64,000 nucleotides of DNA from Acidimicrobiia bacterium. Lineage in GTDB: Bacteria > Actinomycetota > Acidimicrobiia > Spongiisociales > Spongiisociaceae. Made by a program: the position numbers and the translations under genes. The notes under the pieces are model-generated. The model was not told where the DNA came from. It saw only the letters and a program-made list of their open reading frames with translations, and searched no databases. Positions 1 through 10,000 of the stretch are shown here, in pieces. The stretch covers positions 26,577-90,576 of the forward strand of contig JBFGLM010000014.1 of assembly GCA_041576165.1 (NCBI GenBank). The letters run 5' to 3'. The stretch's first letter is position 1, and each line of letters starts with the position of its first letter.

Positions 1-2
1 AC

Positions 3-1007
3 CAGGTTTTCGATCTGTATGAAGGCCGCGAAGGTGATCTGGTGACAGGTCTGGTGCAGCAGCACGACCACCGATACACGATCCTCGACCTCGGCAACGC
101 CGAGGCGATGATGCCTGGGTCGGAACGAATCCCGTACGAACGTTTGGATCGGGGCGCCCGCGTCAAGGCGCTGATTCTCGAGGTGCGCGGCGAGGTGAAA
201 GGTCCCCAGATCGTGGTGAGTCGGAGTCATCCCGATTTCGTACGACGCCTGCTCGAGCTGGAGGTCCCCGAGTTACTGGACCGCACCGTGGAGATCAAAG
301 CCATTGCCCGTGAACCCGGGCACCGCACGAAGATCGCAGTTGCGTCGAACGACCCGAACGTCGATCCGAAGGGCGCATGCGTGGGTGCCCGAGGCGCTCG
401 GGTCCGCCAGGTCGTCAACGAGCTCCGGGGTGAGAAGGTCGACGTCGTCCAATGGCGCGAGGAACGGGAGCAGTTCATTGCTGAGGCGCTCGGCCCGGCA
501 AAGGTGCGGGAGGTCGTCATCGACGACGAGCTGGAGACGGCCACGGTGACGGTCAGCGATCACCAGCTGTCTCTCGCCATCGGCAAAGAGGGCCAGAACG
601 CGCGCCTCGCCGCCCGCCTCACCGGCTATCGCATCGACATTCGCTCCGACGCTATGGAGGCAACCGGCCCTGAGGCCGCGCCGGCAGCTGGTGCGAGCGC
701 CGGGCGCGTGGCGCCGGCGGGAGATCAGCCGGAACAGGCGGCGACCGACGCGTCCCCGACGGAGCCAGTCGAGGACGCCGGTGCGGAGGATGTCGCGGCC
801 GCCGAAGATTCGGCGGCGGTGGAGGGTGTGGTGGCTGCCGATTCGGCGGCGGTTGAGGGTGTGGCGGTTGCAGATGCGGCGGCGGCGGGTGTGGCGGTTG
901 CAGACGCATCTGCCGACGACGCGCCGCCGGCGGATGAAGTTGCGACCCGCGACGGCGAAGATGTGGCCGAATCCTCCGACGCTGGAGAAAGTGACGAAGA
1001 AGAGTGA
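3..1007 (+). CDS. nusA: Transcription termination/antitermination factor NusA (5'-truncated by window edge) with long acidic Ala-rich C-terminal tail
   Basis: S1/KH motifs SRSHPDFVRRLLELEVPE, IAREPGHRTKIAV, GACVGARGARV, SLAIGKEGQNARLAARLTG; frame open from base 3. Confidence 0.97.
   Translation, partial: QVFDLYEGREGDLVTGLVQQHDHRYTILDLGNAEAMMPGSERIPYERLDRGARVKALILEVRGEVKGPQIVVSRSHPDFVRRLLELEVPELLDRTVEIKAIAREPGHRTKIAVASNDPNVDPKGACVGARGARVRQVVNELRGEKVDVVQWREEREQFIAEALGPAKVREVVIDDELETATVTVSDHQLSLAIGKEGQNARLAARLTGYRIDIRSDAMEATGPEAAPAAGASAGRVAPAGDQPEQAATDASPTEPVEDAGAEDVAAAEDSAAVEGVVAADSAAVEGVAVADAAAAGVAVADASADDAPPADEVATRDGEDVAESSDAGESDEEE
801..912 (+). repeat. Imperfect ~30-36 bp tandem repeat in nusA tail (ADSAAVEGVAV-like units)
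   Basis: gattcggcggcggt(g/t)gagggtgtgg(t/c)gg occurs twice, followed by degenerate copies. Confidence 0.75.
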
Positions 1008-1056
1008 CGGCGCCCGGCGGCGGGGACCGCCGGCGCAAGAGTGACCTGAGGAAGTC

Positions 1057-3207
1057 GTGGCGAAAGTAAGAATCTACGAAATCGCAAGAGAGCTCGACCT
1101 CGAATCGAAGGTCGTGCTCCAGCGCGCCCAGGAACTCGGCTTCGACGTCAAGACCGCTTCTTCGGGGATCGAGGAGGCCGACGCAGACACCGTTCGGTCT
1201 TCCTTCAACGGCGGTGACGCTGGTGGCTCCGAAGCGGCGGTCGCCGAGCCCGAGCCGGCGCGGCCAGAACCCGAGCCCGGGCCAACCCCCGAGCCAGTCC
1301 CAGAGGTAGCGCCGGAACCCGCTCCCGAGCCGGCACCCGCTCCCGAGCCGGCACCCGCTCCCGAGCCGCACGCTGCCGCCGAGCCCGACGCGGCCGAGCA
1401 AGCCCAGTCGGAAACCGCAGCCGCGCCCGCCACAGATCTGCGTGAGCTTATCGTCCAGCAAGGAATCACCGCCGCCGAGCTGGCAAGGGCCTTGAATGTC
1501 CCGGTCGGGGCAGTCGTCAAGACCATGCTCGAGATGGGGGAGATGGTGGCGGCCAACGCTCCGGTCCCCGACGAAGCCATCGAGCTCGTAGGGGAGCAGT
1601 TCGGCTATCTCATCGACATCGAGTTGACCGAGGCCGAGGAGGATGCGACGGTCACCGTCCGGGCGAAGCGCACCTTTGACGATGATGAGAAGGACCTGGT
1701 CTCCCGCCCCCCTGTGGTGACAGTCATGGGCCACGTCGATCACGGCAAGACCACCCTTCTCGACGCTATCCGTGCTACGAACGTCGTCGAGGGAGAGGCG
1801 GGCGGCATCACCCAGCACATCGGCGCCTATCAGGTCGACGTCAACGATCGTAAGCTCACCTTCATCGACACGCCCGGCCATGCCGCGTTCACCGCCATGC
1901 GAGCCCGCGGGGCCGAGGTGACCGACATCGTCGTGCTGGTGGTCGCGGCAAATGACGGGGTGATGCCGCAGACGGCCGAAGCTATCAGCCACGCCAAGGC
2001 GGCCGGAGTACCGATCATCGTCGCCATCAACAAGATCGACATTCCGGGCGCCGACCCCAACACGGTCCGGGCTCAACTCACGGAATACGAACTGGTGACC
2101 GAAGAGCTCGGTGGTGAGACGATTTCGGTCGAAGTCTCGGCGCTCGGCGGCGAGGGCATCGACAATCTCCTCGAGATGATCGATCTGGTCGCCCAACTGG
2201 AGGACTTCAAAGCCAATCCCAAACCCGCTGCGTCCGGAGTCGTGGTTGAGAGCGAGCTGGACACCGGGCGAGGTCCGGTGGCGACATTGATCGTGCAACG
2301 AGGCACGCTGAAACAGGGCGATTCGATCGTTGCAGGTCCGGTTGCCGGACGAGCCCGCGCCATGACCGACGAGAACGGAGTGCGTCTCAAGACGGCAGGC
2401 CCCTCGACTCCGGTAGAGGTGATCGGCTGGGCGGATGTTCCCTCTGCCGGCGATTTCTTCGAGGTGGTCAAGAACGACAAGGAGGCCCGGGCCCAGGCGG
2501 CCAAAGTCGTGGAGGAAATGCGGGCGCGAGATCTGGTCGTGCCTACCGCCCGGGAGCGTCTGACCGCGCTGCTCGAACAGATGCACACCGAGGACGAGGC
2601 GGAGCTGCGGCTGATCATCAAGGCGGATGTGGCCGGATCGGTCGAGGCGATTCGCGACGCCGTCGGCAAGATAGGTCGCGAAGGCGGCAAGATCACAATC
2701 ATCCACACGGGAGTTGGCGGCATCACCGAAAACGACGTGATCCTGGCCGACACCACCGAGGCGATCGTCGTGGGTTTCAACGTCCGACCAGATGGCAAAT
2801 CGCGGCGCCTCGCCGAACAGAACGGCATCGAGATACGCACGTACGCGGTGATCTACGAGCTGCTCGACGAGATCGAGCAGATGCTGGTAGGCCGTCTGGC
2901 GCCCGAAGAGGTGGAGCACATTCTCGGAGCGGCCGAAATCCGGGCGACGTTCCGGGTGCCGCGGCTTGGGCAGGTAGCCGGCTGCTACGTCACCGAGGGC
3001 CGGGTCGTGCGTGGGTCCCGAGCCCGGCTGATCCGCCAGGGTGTGGTGATCTATGACGGGCGCATCGCCTCCCTGCGACGTTTCAAAGACGACGTTTCGG
3101 AAGTTGCGGCCGGCTATGAATGCGGCATCGGGCTCGAGAACTTCGCCGACGTCAAGGAAGACGACGTGATCGAGGCGTACCGTGTCGACGAGGTTGCGCA
3201 AACCTGA
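1057..3207 (+). CDS. infB: Translation initiation factor IF-2
   Basis: N-terminal [11 protein letters not shown]; G-domain [32 protein letters not shown]; C-terminal [15 protein letters not shown]. Confidence 0.99.
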   Translation: MAKVRIYEIARELDLESKVVLQRAQELGFDVKTASSGIEEADADTVRSSFNGGDAGGSEAAVAEPEPARPEPEPGPTPEPVPEVAPEPAPEPAPAPEPAPAPEPHAAAEPDAAEQAQSETAAAPATDLRELIVQQGITAAELARALNVPVGAVVKTMLEMGEMVAANAPVPDEAIELVGEQFGYLIDIELTEAEEDATVTVRAKRTFDDDEKDLVSRPPVVTVMGHVDHGKTTLLDAIRATNVVEGEAGGITQHIGAYQVDVNDRKLTFIDTPGHAAFTAMRARGAEVTDIVVLVVAANDGVMPQTAEAISHAKAAGVPIIVAINKIDIPGADPNTVRAQLTEYELVTEELGGETISVEVSALGGEGIDNLLEMIDLVAQLEDFKANPKPAASGVVVESELDTGRGPVATLIVQRGTLKQGDSIVAGPVAGRARAMTDENGVRLKTAGPSTPVEVIGWADVPSAGDFFEVVKNDKEARAQAAKVVEEMRARDLVVPTARERLTALLEQMHTEDEAELRLIIKADVAGSVEAIRDAVGKIGREGGKITIIHTGVGGITENDVILADTTEAIVVGFNVRPDGKSRRLAEQNGIEIRTYAVIYELLDEIEQMLVGRLAPEEVEHILGAAEIRATFRVPRLGQVAGCYVTEGRVVRGSRARLIRQGVVIYDGRIASLRRFKDDVSEVAAGYECGIGLENFADVKEDDVIEAYRVDEVAQT
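1321..1368 (+). repeat. 18-bp tandem repeat (APEPAP) in IF-2 linker
   Basis: gctcccgagccggcaccc repeated ~2.7 times. Confidence 0.8.
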
Positions 3208-3254
3208 CCGGTAGCAGGCTGACGCTGCCTCCAGGTCGTCGTAGGGTAGAAGCA

Positions 3255-3557
3255 ATGGCAACCACCCATGCGGCCGCCCTCGAGGTCCATCTGCGAGTTC
3301 CTGATGTCCAGTCGCTCAAACAGAAGCGACAGCGGCTGAAGTCGCTCGGTGCCGACATCCGCAAGGCGTTTCCGGTTGGCTTCGCCGAAACCGATCACCA
3401 TGACTTGTGGCAGCGGGCCACCGTTGGGGTTGCCGTTGTGTCGTCCGATCACAGCCATCTCGACCGGATGATCTACTCGATCCGGCGCTACCTCGACGCC
3501 CGGCCCGAGATCGAAGTACTGCAGATCGCCGTCGCATACATGGAGGACTTCAATTGA
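3255..3557 (+). CDS. DUF503 (YlxP-like) protein
   Basis: SLKQKRQRLKSL...AETDHHDLWQRATVGVA signature; usual position between infB and rbfA; ATG 3255 chosen over the ORF-track start. Confidence 0.9.
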   Translation: MATTHAAALEVHLRVPDVQSLKQKRQRLKSLGADIRKAFPVGFAETDHHDLWQRATVGVAVVSSDHSHLDRMIYSIRRYLDARPEIEVLQIAVAYMEDFN

Positions 3558-3919
3558 GCCGCAGCGGTGTTCCCCGAATGCGCAAAGTGAACGAAACCCT
3601 CCGCCAGGTGATCGCAGATGAGTGTCAGAACTTGAAGGATCCCAGAATCGGCTTCCTCACGATCACCGGTGTCGAGACCGCTCCCGACCTGCGCCACGCC
3701 ACCGTCTTCTACTCGGTGTTGGGCGGGGATCCCGAGGAAACCGCCGACGCCCTCCGCGCTGCGGCCCCCCGAATCCGCACGGCGGTTGGTTCCCAAGTCC
3801 GGCTGAAGTATCTCCCGGAGCTGGTGTTCCGCGTCGATCCCAGCATCGAACACGGTGCTCGTATCACATCGATTCTGAGAGGTTTGGATACACGCAACGA
3901 CAAGGACGACCCCCAATGA
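3554..3919 (+). CDS. rbfA: Ribosome-binding factor A
   Basis: RMRKVNETLRQVIA...KDPRIGFLTITGVE..PDLRHATVFYS...VRLKYLPELVFRVD; TTG start overlapping DUF503 stop with GGAGG upstream. Confidence 0.95.
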   Translation: MSRSGVPRMRKVNETLRQVIADECQNLKDPRIGFLTITGVETAPDLRHATVFYSVLGGDPEETADALRAAAPRIRTAVGSQVRLKYLPELVFRVDPSIEHGARITSILRGLDTRNDKDDPQ

Positions 3920-4887
3920 CAGTAGGGCGTGAACTGCAACCAGACCTCGAAAAGGCGGCGGCGGCCATTGCCGAAGCGTCGTCGCTGGTCGTCACTTGCC
4001 ACATCGGGCCTGACGGAGATGCGCTGGGTTCGGCGCTCGCACTCGCTCTGGCGGCCCGCAATGCCGGCAAGGAAGCGGTGGCTACGTTCGGTGGCCCCTT
4101 TGTGGTTCCGGACCATTTCGGGTTCCTGGATCTCTCGCCGTTGGTACGCCGCGGCGAAGCACCCTCTGCACCTGAGGTCCTCGTCAGCTTCGATTCGGGC
4201 TCTCTGGACCGGCTCGGGGAGGTCCAGGAGCTGGCTGAGGCGGCTGGCTGTGTGGTGGTGATCGATCATCACGCTTCCAACACTGGATTCGGTGACGTCA
4301 ACGTCGTCGACCCGACGGCCGGTGCATCGGCGCAGCTGGGCTACTACCTCCTTCAGGAACTCGAGTGGCCGATCACGGCCTCGATCGCCACCGCGCTCCA
4401 TGTGGGCTTGGTGACTGACACCGGGCGCTTTCAGTACTCGAACACCAGCCCGGAGGTATTGCGGGTGGGCGCGGCGCTGGTGGCGGCCGGCGCCCGGCCG
4501 GAGGTCATCGGACAGCATGTGTACGAATCGGTTCCGTTTGGTTACCTGCAGGTGGCGGGATTGGTGTTGGGCCGGTCGGTGTTGGAGCCGGAGCTCCGAT
4601 TCGTCTGGTCGGTTCTGCGGGCGGCAGACCTCGTCGAGCACGGGATCGGAATCGAAGACACCGATGGCCTCATCGATGCAGTCCGGGTGGCGCGCGAAGC
4701 CGACGTCGCTGCGCTCGCCAAAGAACAGGACGACGGTGGGACCAAGGTCAGTCTGCGGTCGCGGGGACGGGTCGATGTTGCCGCCATCGCCGTGAGCCTG
4801 GGCGGTGGGGGTCACCACAACGCAGCTGGATTCAGTTACCCCGGCCAGCCGGAAGCTGCGATCGCCGAGGTGCGAGCGCTGCTGTGA
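3916..4887 (+). CDS. nrnA: DHH/DHHA1 phosphoesterase (NrnA-like oligoribonuclease/pAp phosphatase)
   Basis: HIGPDGDALGS, IDHH, TDTGRF, GGGHHNAAG motifs; ATGA overlap with rbfA. Confidence 0.9.
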   Translation: MTVGRELQPDLEKAAAAIAEASSLVVTCHIGPDGDALGSALALALAARNAGKEAVATFGGPFVVPDHFGFLDLSPLVRRGEAPSAPEVLVSFDSGSLDRLGEVQELAEAAGCVVVIDHHASNTGFGDVNVVDPTAGASAQLGYYLLQELEWPITASIATALHVGLVTDTGRFQYSNTSPEVLRVGAALVAAGARPEVIGQHVYESVPFGYLQVAGLVLGRSVLEPELRFVWSVLRAADLVEHGIGIEDTDGLIDAVRVAREADVAALAKEQDDGGTKVSLRSRGRVDVAAIAVSLGGGGHHNAAGFSYPGQPEAAIAEVRALL

Positions 4888-5753
4888 TCGACGGGTTCGT
4901 CCTCGTGGACAAGCCCGGAGCTTGGACCTCCCACGATGTGGTGGCCAAGGTTCGGCGCCTGGCCGGCCAGCGCAAGGTCGGGCACGCCGGGACCCTCGAT
5001 CCGATGGCCACCGGGCTCGTCGTGGTTGGTTTGGGCCGATGCACGAGGCTGCTCCGGTTCGTGCAGGACCGGCCGAAGGTGTACGTAGCCCGGGCTCGGT
5101 TTGGTGTGGCCACCGACACCCTCGATGCCGACGGGACTGAGACATGGCGGGCGCCGCTCCCGGTCACGCTGGCCGAGGTGCAGGCCGTCCTCGACGAGTT
5201 CCGCGGCGAGGTCACGCAGGTCCCGCCCATGGTCTCCGCGCTCAAACAAAGTGGCCGCCGCCTGCACGAACTGGCCCGCGAAGGCACAGTGGTTGAGCGC
5301 CCACCCCGGACCGTCACGATCGAAGAACTCCATGTGACCGACGTCTCCACCGGCGACTATCCGGAGGTGGCGTTCTGGGTTCGCTGTGGAAGCGGCACCT
5401 ATATCCGTTCGCTGGCCGACGACATCGCCCGGGCGTTGGGCGGCCGAGCTCATCTCACCGCGCTGCGTCGCACGGAGAACGGCGGTCATTCGGTGGAGTC
5501 GGCGGCCACGATCGCCGAGCTGGAGGCCGACTTCACCGCCACGGTCCTGTCTCCACGCGCCGGTCTTCCCGAGATGCAGGAGCTGGCCCTCGACGACCGG
5601 ACTGTCGCGGCGGTGCGGAACGGCGCCGCTCTACCTATCGAGCCGGGCGGCGAGTTGGACGACGGCCCGGTCCGGCTCGTTTACGAGGGCCGGTTGGTCG
5701 CCGTCTACCGTAACGACGGCACAGACCTCAAAGCGGAAGTCGTACTCACATGA
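4884..5753 (+). CDS. truB: tRNA pseudouridine(55) synthase
   Basis: DKPGAWTSHDVV, KVGHAGTLDPMATG, QVPPMVSALK, CGSGTYIRSLA. Confidence 0.97.
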   Translation: MIDGFVLVDKPGAWTSHDVVAKVRRLAGQRKVGHAGTLDPMATGLVVVGLGRCTRLLRFVQDRPKVYVARARFGVATDTLDADGTETWRAPLPVTLAEVQAVLDEFRGEVTQVPPMVSALKQSGRRLHELAREGTVVERPPRTVTIEELHVTDVSTGDYPEVAFWVRCGSGTYIRSLADDIARALGGRAHLTALRRTENGGHSVESAATIAELEADFTATVLSPRAGLPEMQELALDDRTVAAVRNGAALPIEPGGELDDGPVRLVYEGRLVAVYRNDGTDLKAEVVLT

Positions 5754-6688
5754 AAGTCTGGCGTGGCGATCCTCTGACGTGGGGCCCGGCACCGCCGAGC
5801 GGCTCGGCGGTGACCATCGGTGTGTTCGACGGCGTGCACAGGGGCCATCAGGCTGTGCTCTTCGGCGTCGCCGCGCGGGCGGCGGAGCTCGGAGGGCTGG
5901 AGCAGGTTGTGCTCACCTTCGACCGCCATCCCCGCAGCGTGGTTGATCCAGCATCTGCTCCGGCGCTGCTGACATCGTTGGATCAGCGAATCGAGCTGCT
6001 CGAGGATCTCGAGATCGACGTGGTCGGCGTCCTCCCGTTCGAGCAGATCCGGGACAGTTCGCCCGACGATTTCGTCTCGAAAATCCTGGTCGGCGCATTC
6101 GGTGCCCGGCTGGTGGCGGTCGGCGCCGATTTCCGGTTCGGGCGGGGGCGCAGCGGAGACGTCGAATCTCTCCGGCAAGCGGGGACCGAATACGGTTTCG
6201 AGGTGGATGCAATCGATCTCAGCTCGGCCTCCGGTGTGCCGATTTCCTCGACGACGATCCGGTCTCGCGTCCGCCAGGGTGATGTGGGGGCAGCCGCTGA
6301 TCTGCTCGGCCGCAACTTTGCGATTGTCGGGACGGTCGTCATGGGCGATCAGCGGGGAAGGACCATCGGCTTTCCGACAGCCAACGTGATACCCGACCCG
6401 AGGTTCGTCGTACCGAAACGGGGGGTCTATGCGGCGTGGGTGTGGATCGACGATCGGCACTCGCCCCGTCATCCGGCGGTCGTCAACGTTGGAATCCGAC
6501 CAACGTTCGGCGGAGACACCGAAGTAGTGGAAGCGCACCTCCTCGACTTCGAGGGAGACCTGTACGGGCAGCGGATCGGCATCGAAATGGTCTCACGCCT
6601 GCGGGATGAGCGGGTGTTCGACGGCGTCGAGTCGCTGGTCGCGCAGATCCGAGTGGACGCCGACACTGCGCGTTCGCTTCTGAGCTGA
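5750..6688 (+). CDS. ribF: Bifunctional riboflavin kinase/FAD synthetase
   Basis: IGVFDGVHRGHQ, ISSTTIR, GRTIGFPTAN, NVGIRPTF, EAHLLDFEGDLYG. Confidence 0.97.
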   Translation: MKVWRGDPLTWGPAPPSGSAVTIGVFDGVHRGHQAVLFGVAARAAELGGLEQVVLTFDRHPRSVVDPASAPALLTSLDQRIELLEDLEIDVVGVLPFEQIRDSSPDDFVSKILVGAFGARLVAVGADFRFGRGRSGDVESLRQAGTEYGFEVDAIDLSSASGVPISSTTIRSRVRQGDVGAAADLLGRNFAIVGTVVMGDQRGRTIGFPTANVIPDPRFVVPKRGVYAAWVWIDDRHSPRHPAVVNVGIRPTFGGDTEVVEAHLLDFEGDLYGQRIGIEMVSRLRDERVFDGVESLVAQIRVDADTARSLLS

Positions 6689-6738
6689 CGCGGCGAGTGG
6701 CAGGTGCCGCCGAGTTCGGCGACTACGGGCGACGCTGC

Positions 6739-6886
6739 TACACTATCCCGCAGTTTCTGCGGCATCCCGCACAGCTCCACCTACTCGGTGTGATCGTGCC
6801 TGGAAAGCCGGCTGAGATTTTCGGGTAGAACACCCTTAACACCCGGTACTGCCAGTCTCAAAGAAAAGAACCGATCAGAGATACAC
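6739..6886 (+). promoter_or_regulatory. rpsO promoter (-10 TACACT) and structured 5' leader, candidate S15 autoregulatory element
   Basis: TACACT at 6739-6744; complementary arms TGAGAT(6813-18)/GTCTCA(6855-60) and CGGGT/ACCCG just upstream of the start; S15 leaders are known in several phyla. Confidence 0.4.
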
Positions 6887-7144
6887 ATGAAGACCACGCA
6901 AGAGATCATCGCCGAATATGGTCAACACGACAGCGACACCGGCTCACCTGAGGTTCAGGTCGCTCTGCTGACCGAACGAATCAACCATTTGACCGACCAC
7001 CTACGCGATCACAAGCACGACCATCACAGTCGTCGCGGATTGCTGATGATGGTTGGTAAACGTCGGCGGTTGCTGAACTATCTCAATCGCCAAGACGTAG
7101 AACGTTATCGCAGCCTGATTTCCCGGCTGGGACTTCGTAGATAG
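6887..7144 (+). CDS. rpsO: 30S ribosomal protein S15
   Basis: [48 protein letters not shown]. Confidence 0.99.
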   Translation: MKTTQEIIAEYGQHDSDTGSPEVQVALLTERINHLTDHLRDHKHDHHSRRGLLMMVGKRRRLLNYLNRQDVERYRSLISRLGLRR

Positions 7145-7320
7145 GGTTGGAGGAAGCGGCTGCGGCCGCTCCTCGCCGTTCTGGTCCGCCAGGACGGCAA
7201 CCGCGCACAGGGCGCGGATCGCCTCGGGCTGCTTGCGCGAGGCGGCGATATGGCTCCAGCGACGGAGCACGCTCCGGGATACCGGGGCCGAAGGAACGTC
7301 CCGCCGGTGCGGGACCACAT

Positions 7321-7406
7321 GGGGGTCGATTCTGGCCAGTTGTCAGTTGCCATTCCTCGCCGACCGGGTGAGGAATGACCACTGGTAATTGGCCCGGCGG
7401 CTCCCC
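7321..7406 (+). promoter_or_regulatory. Long stem-loop in pnp leader (Actino-pnp-like / RNase III processing hairpin)
   Basis: GGCCAGTTGTCAGT..CATTCCTCGCC pairs with GGTGAGGAATG..ACTGGTAATTGGCC (7334-7394), extended by GGGGGTCG/CGGCTCCC; immediately upstream of the pnp RBS. Confidence 0.75.
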
Positions 7407-7424
7407 TGACAATGAGGAGACGAC

Positions 7425-9881
7425 GTGGCAGAGACCACGGTTCGCGGCCTGGTCGGAGATCGGGAGGTCGTGATTGGTGCCGGCAAACTGGCCGGCCTGG
7501 CCAATGGTGCCGTAACCATCAACATCGGACAAACCGAAGTGCTGGTCACGGCGACCGCCAACGAATCGATCCGGGAAGGGATCGATTTCTTCCCGCTCAC
7601 CGTAGACGTAGAAGAGCGGATGTACGCTGCCGGGAAGATCCCCGGGTCATTCTTTCGCAGGGAAGGCAGGGCTACGGAGCGGGCCATACTGACCGCCCGG
7701 CTCATCGACCGTCCACTGCGCCCATCGTTCCAGGACGGGTACCGCAACGACACCCACGTCGTGGCCACCGTGCTGTCTGTGGACCAGGAGAATCCTTATG
7801 ACGTCATCGCCCTCAATGGTGCGTCTGCGGCGTTGTCCATCAGCGACATCCCCTTCGAGGGGCCGCTGGCAGCTGTCCGCCTGGGACTCATCGACGGGGA
7901 ATGGAAGCCGTTCCCGACGTTTGAGGAACTGGAGGACGCCGTATTCGATCTGGTCGTTGCCGGTGGCCGCAACGAGGACGGTGAGATCGACATTTCCATG
8001 GTCGAGGCCGGGTCCACCGAGGACGGTATCCGGCTGATCGAGGAGGGTCAGCCCCCCAGCGACGAAGCGGCGATAGTCCGCGGGCTCGAGGAGGCCAAGC
8101 CGTACATCAGCACCCTGATCGACCTGCAGCTCGAGCTGAAGAACCAGATCGGCAAACCCCGCGGCGACTGGCCCCTACAGGTGGACCACACCGACGATAT
8201 CTACGCGAGGATCGAGGAGCTCGCCGTGCCGAAGCTCGGTGAGATGGCCGGGATCGCAGACAAGTCCGAGCGGGCCGACGCCGAGAACCGGATCCGTGAC
8301 GAGGTCATGGAAGCCTTTGGCAGCGAAGACGAGGAAGAGCTGCGCCAAGCGTCCAGAGCATTCCGCACGGTGTCCAAGAAGCTGATGCGCGATCGGGTCG
8401 TGAATGAGGGTGTCCGCATCGACGGCCGCAGCTCGACCGACATCCGGTCGCTGTCGGCCGACGTGGGAGTGGTGCAGCGCGCCCACGGTTCTGGATTGTT
8501 CGAGCGGGGCGAAACCCAGGTGTTGAACATCACGACGCTCGGGATGCCGCGCATGGAGCAGATGCTTGACACGATTTCGAACGAAGAGTCGAAACGGTAC
8601 ATGCACCACTACAACTTCCCGCCATTCAGCACCGGCGAGGCCGGCTTCATGCGGGGCCCCAAGCGGCGCGAGATCGGACACGGTGCTCTTGCCGAGAAGG
8701 CCGTCCACCCGGTGGTGCCCGATCAAGAGCATTTCAACTACACGCTCCGGCTGGTGTCCGAAGTGCTGACGTCCAACGGGTCCACCTCAATGGCGTCGGT
8801 GTGCGCGTCGACCCTGTCCCTGATGGACGCAGGGGTCCCGATCATTGCCCCAGTGGCGGGGATCGCCATGGGCTTGATCGCCCAGGACGGCAAGTTCGTC
8901 ACGCTGACCGACATCCTCGGTGCTGAGGATGCCCTTGGTGACATGGACTTCAAGGTGGCCGGCACGGCGGAGGTCATCACTGCCCTGCAGCTGGACACCA
9001 AGATCAAGGGCCTTCCCTCTGATGTGCTGGCGTCCGCCATGGACCAGGCCAAGGAGGCTCGGCTCAAGATCCTCGAAGTCATGCAGGAAACGATTCCGGA
9101 ACCGCGGGCGGAGATGAATCCCTACGCGCCCCGGCTCGAGTCGGTCGTCGTCCCGAAGGACAAGATCGGCGAGATCATCGGTCCCAAGGGAAAGGTCATT
9201 CGCGAACTGGAGGAGGAGACCGGCGCGACGATCGAGATCCAGGAGGACGGAACCGTCCTCATCGGGTCCGAAGACGGCGACCAGCTCGCCGCCGCCAAGG
9301 AACGGATCATGCAGATTGCGTTCCCACCCGAACCGGAGCTCGACGTCGAATACGAAGGGGAAGTGGTCAACGTCACCAAGTTCGGCGCATTCATAAACAT
9401 CCTGCCCGGGCGGGACGGACTCCTCCATATCTCGAAGATGGATAAGGATCGTCGGGTCGATCGGGTCGAGGACTATCTGGATTTGGGTGATCCAGTCAAG
9501 GTGGTCGTGCGTGAAATCGACAAGATGGGCAAGATCAACCTGGACCTGGCAGAACCCATCGAACCGAAACCCGGCGCGCTGGCCCGCTCCGAGAAAGGCA
9601 ACGGCGACCGTGATCGGGACAGCCGGCCGCGGGGGGACGGCGGCCGCGACCGCGACCGCGGAAGGGGTCGCGACGGCGGCGATCGGGGTGGCCGACGCCG
9701 GGACGGAGGTGATCGTGCTCGAGGCCGCGGGGATCGCGACCGTGATCGGGACCGCGATAGGGACCGTGGCCGTGAGCGGGATCGTGACCGTGATCGGAGC
9801 AGTGATCGGGACCGGGACAGTGAGCGCAGTGGGCGTACGGTCGTTTCCTTTGAAGAGGAGTTCGAAAAGGGCATCGACTGA
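7425..9881 (+). CDS. pnp: Polyribonucleotide nucleotidyltransferase with Arg/Asp-rich C-terminal tail
   Basis: DFFPLTVDVEERMYAAGKIPGSFFRREG, RREIGHGALAE, SNGSTSMASVC, DMDFKVAGT, KH and S1 domains. Confidence 0.99.
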   Translation: MAETTVRGLVGDREVVIGAGKLAGLANGAVTINIGQTEVLVTATANESIREGIDFFPLTVDVEERMYAAGKIPGSFFRREGRATERAILTARLIDRPLRPSFQDGYRNDTHVVATVLSVDQENPYDVIALNGASAALSISDIPFEGPLAAVRLGLIDGEWKPFPTFEELEDAVFDLVVAGGRNEDGEIDISMVEAGSTEDGIRLIEEGQPPSDEAAIVRGLEEAKPYISTLIDLQLELKNQIGKPRGDWPLQVDHTDDIYARIEELAVPKLGEMAGIADKSERADAENRIRDEVMEAFGSEDEEELRQASRAFRTVSKKLMRDRVVNEGVRIDGRSSTDIRSLSADVGVVQRAHGSGLFERGETQVLNITTLGMPRMEQMLDTISNEESKRYMHHYNFPPFSTGEAGFMRGPKRREIGHGALAEKAVHPVVPDQEHFNYTLRLVSEVLTSNGSTSMASVCASTLSLMDAGVPIIAPVAGIAMGLIAQDGKFVTLTDILGAEDALGDMDFKVAGTAEVITALQLDTKIKGLPSDVLASAMDQAKEARLKILEVMQETIPEPRAEMNPYAPRLESVVVPKDKIGEIIGPKGKVIRELEEETGATIEIQEDGTVLIGSEDGDQLAAAKERIMQIAFPPEPELDVEYEGEVVNVTKFGAFINILPGRDGLLHISKMDKDRRVDRVEDYLDLGDPVKVVVREIDKMGKINLDLAEPIEPKPGALARSEKGNGDRDRDSRPRGDGGRDRDRGRGRDGGDRGGRRRDGGDRARGRGDRDRDRDRDRDRGRERDRDRDRSSDRDRDSERSGRTVVSFEEEFEKGID

Positions 9882-9904
9882 CAACCGGCGTTGAACGAAC
9901 CAAT

Positions 9905-9938
9905 GAGATGAGGGCCCGGCTGGCCCTCATCTCTTTTT
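9905..9938 (+). terminator. Intrinsic terminator after pnp
   Basis: GAGATGAGGGCC-cggct-GGCCCTCATCTC followed by TTTTT. Confidence 0.9.
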
Positions 9939-10000
9939 CGGCGGTCGCCGGGCCGCGGCCCAGCTCGGCCCGGCCGGCGAGCCGATAAGCTCACCGGGCA

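Noticed and set aside
652-3261. 869-aa antisense ORF over infB (likewise 8787-9884, 35962-37218, 52935-54041, 3709-5145)
   Set aside because: Shadow ORFs expected from high GC3 codon bias opposite well-conserved genes; no motifs
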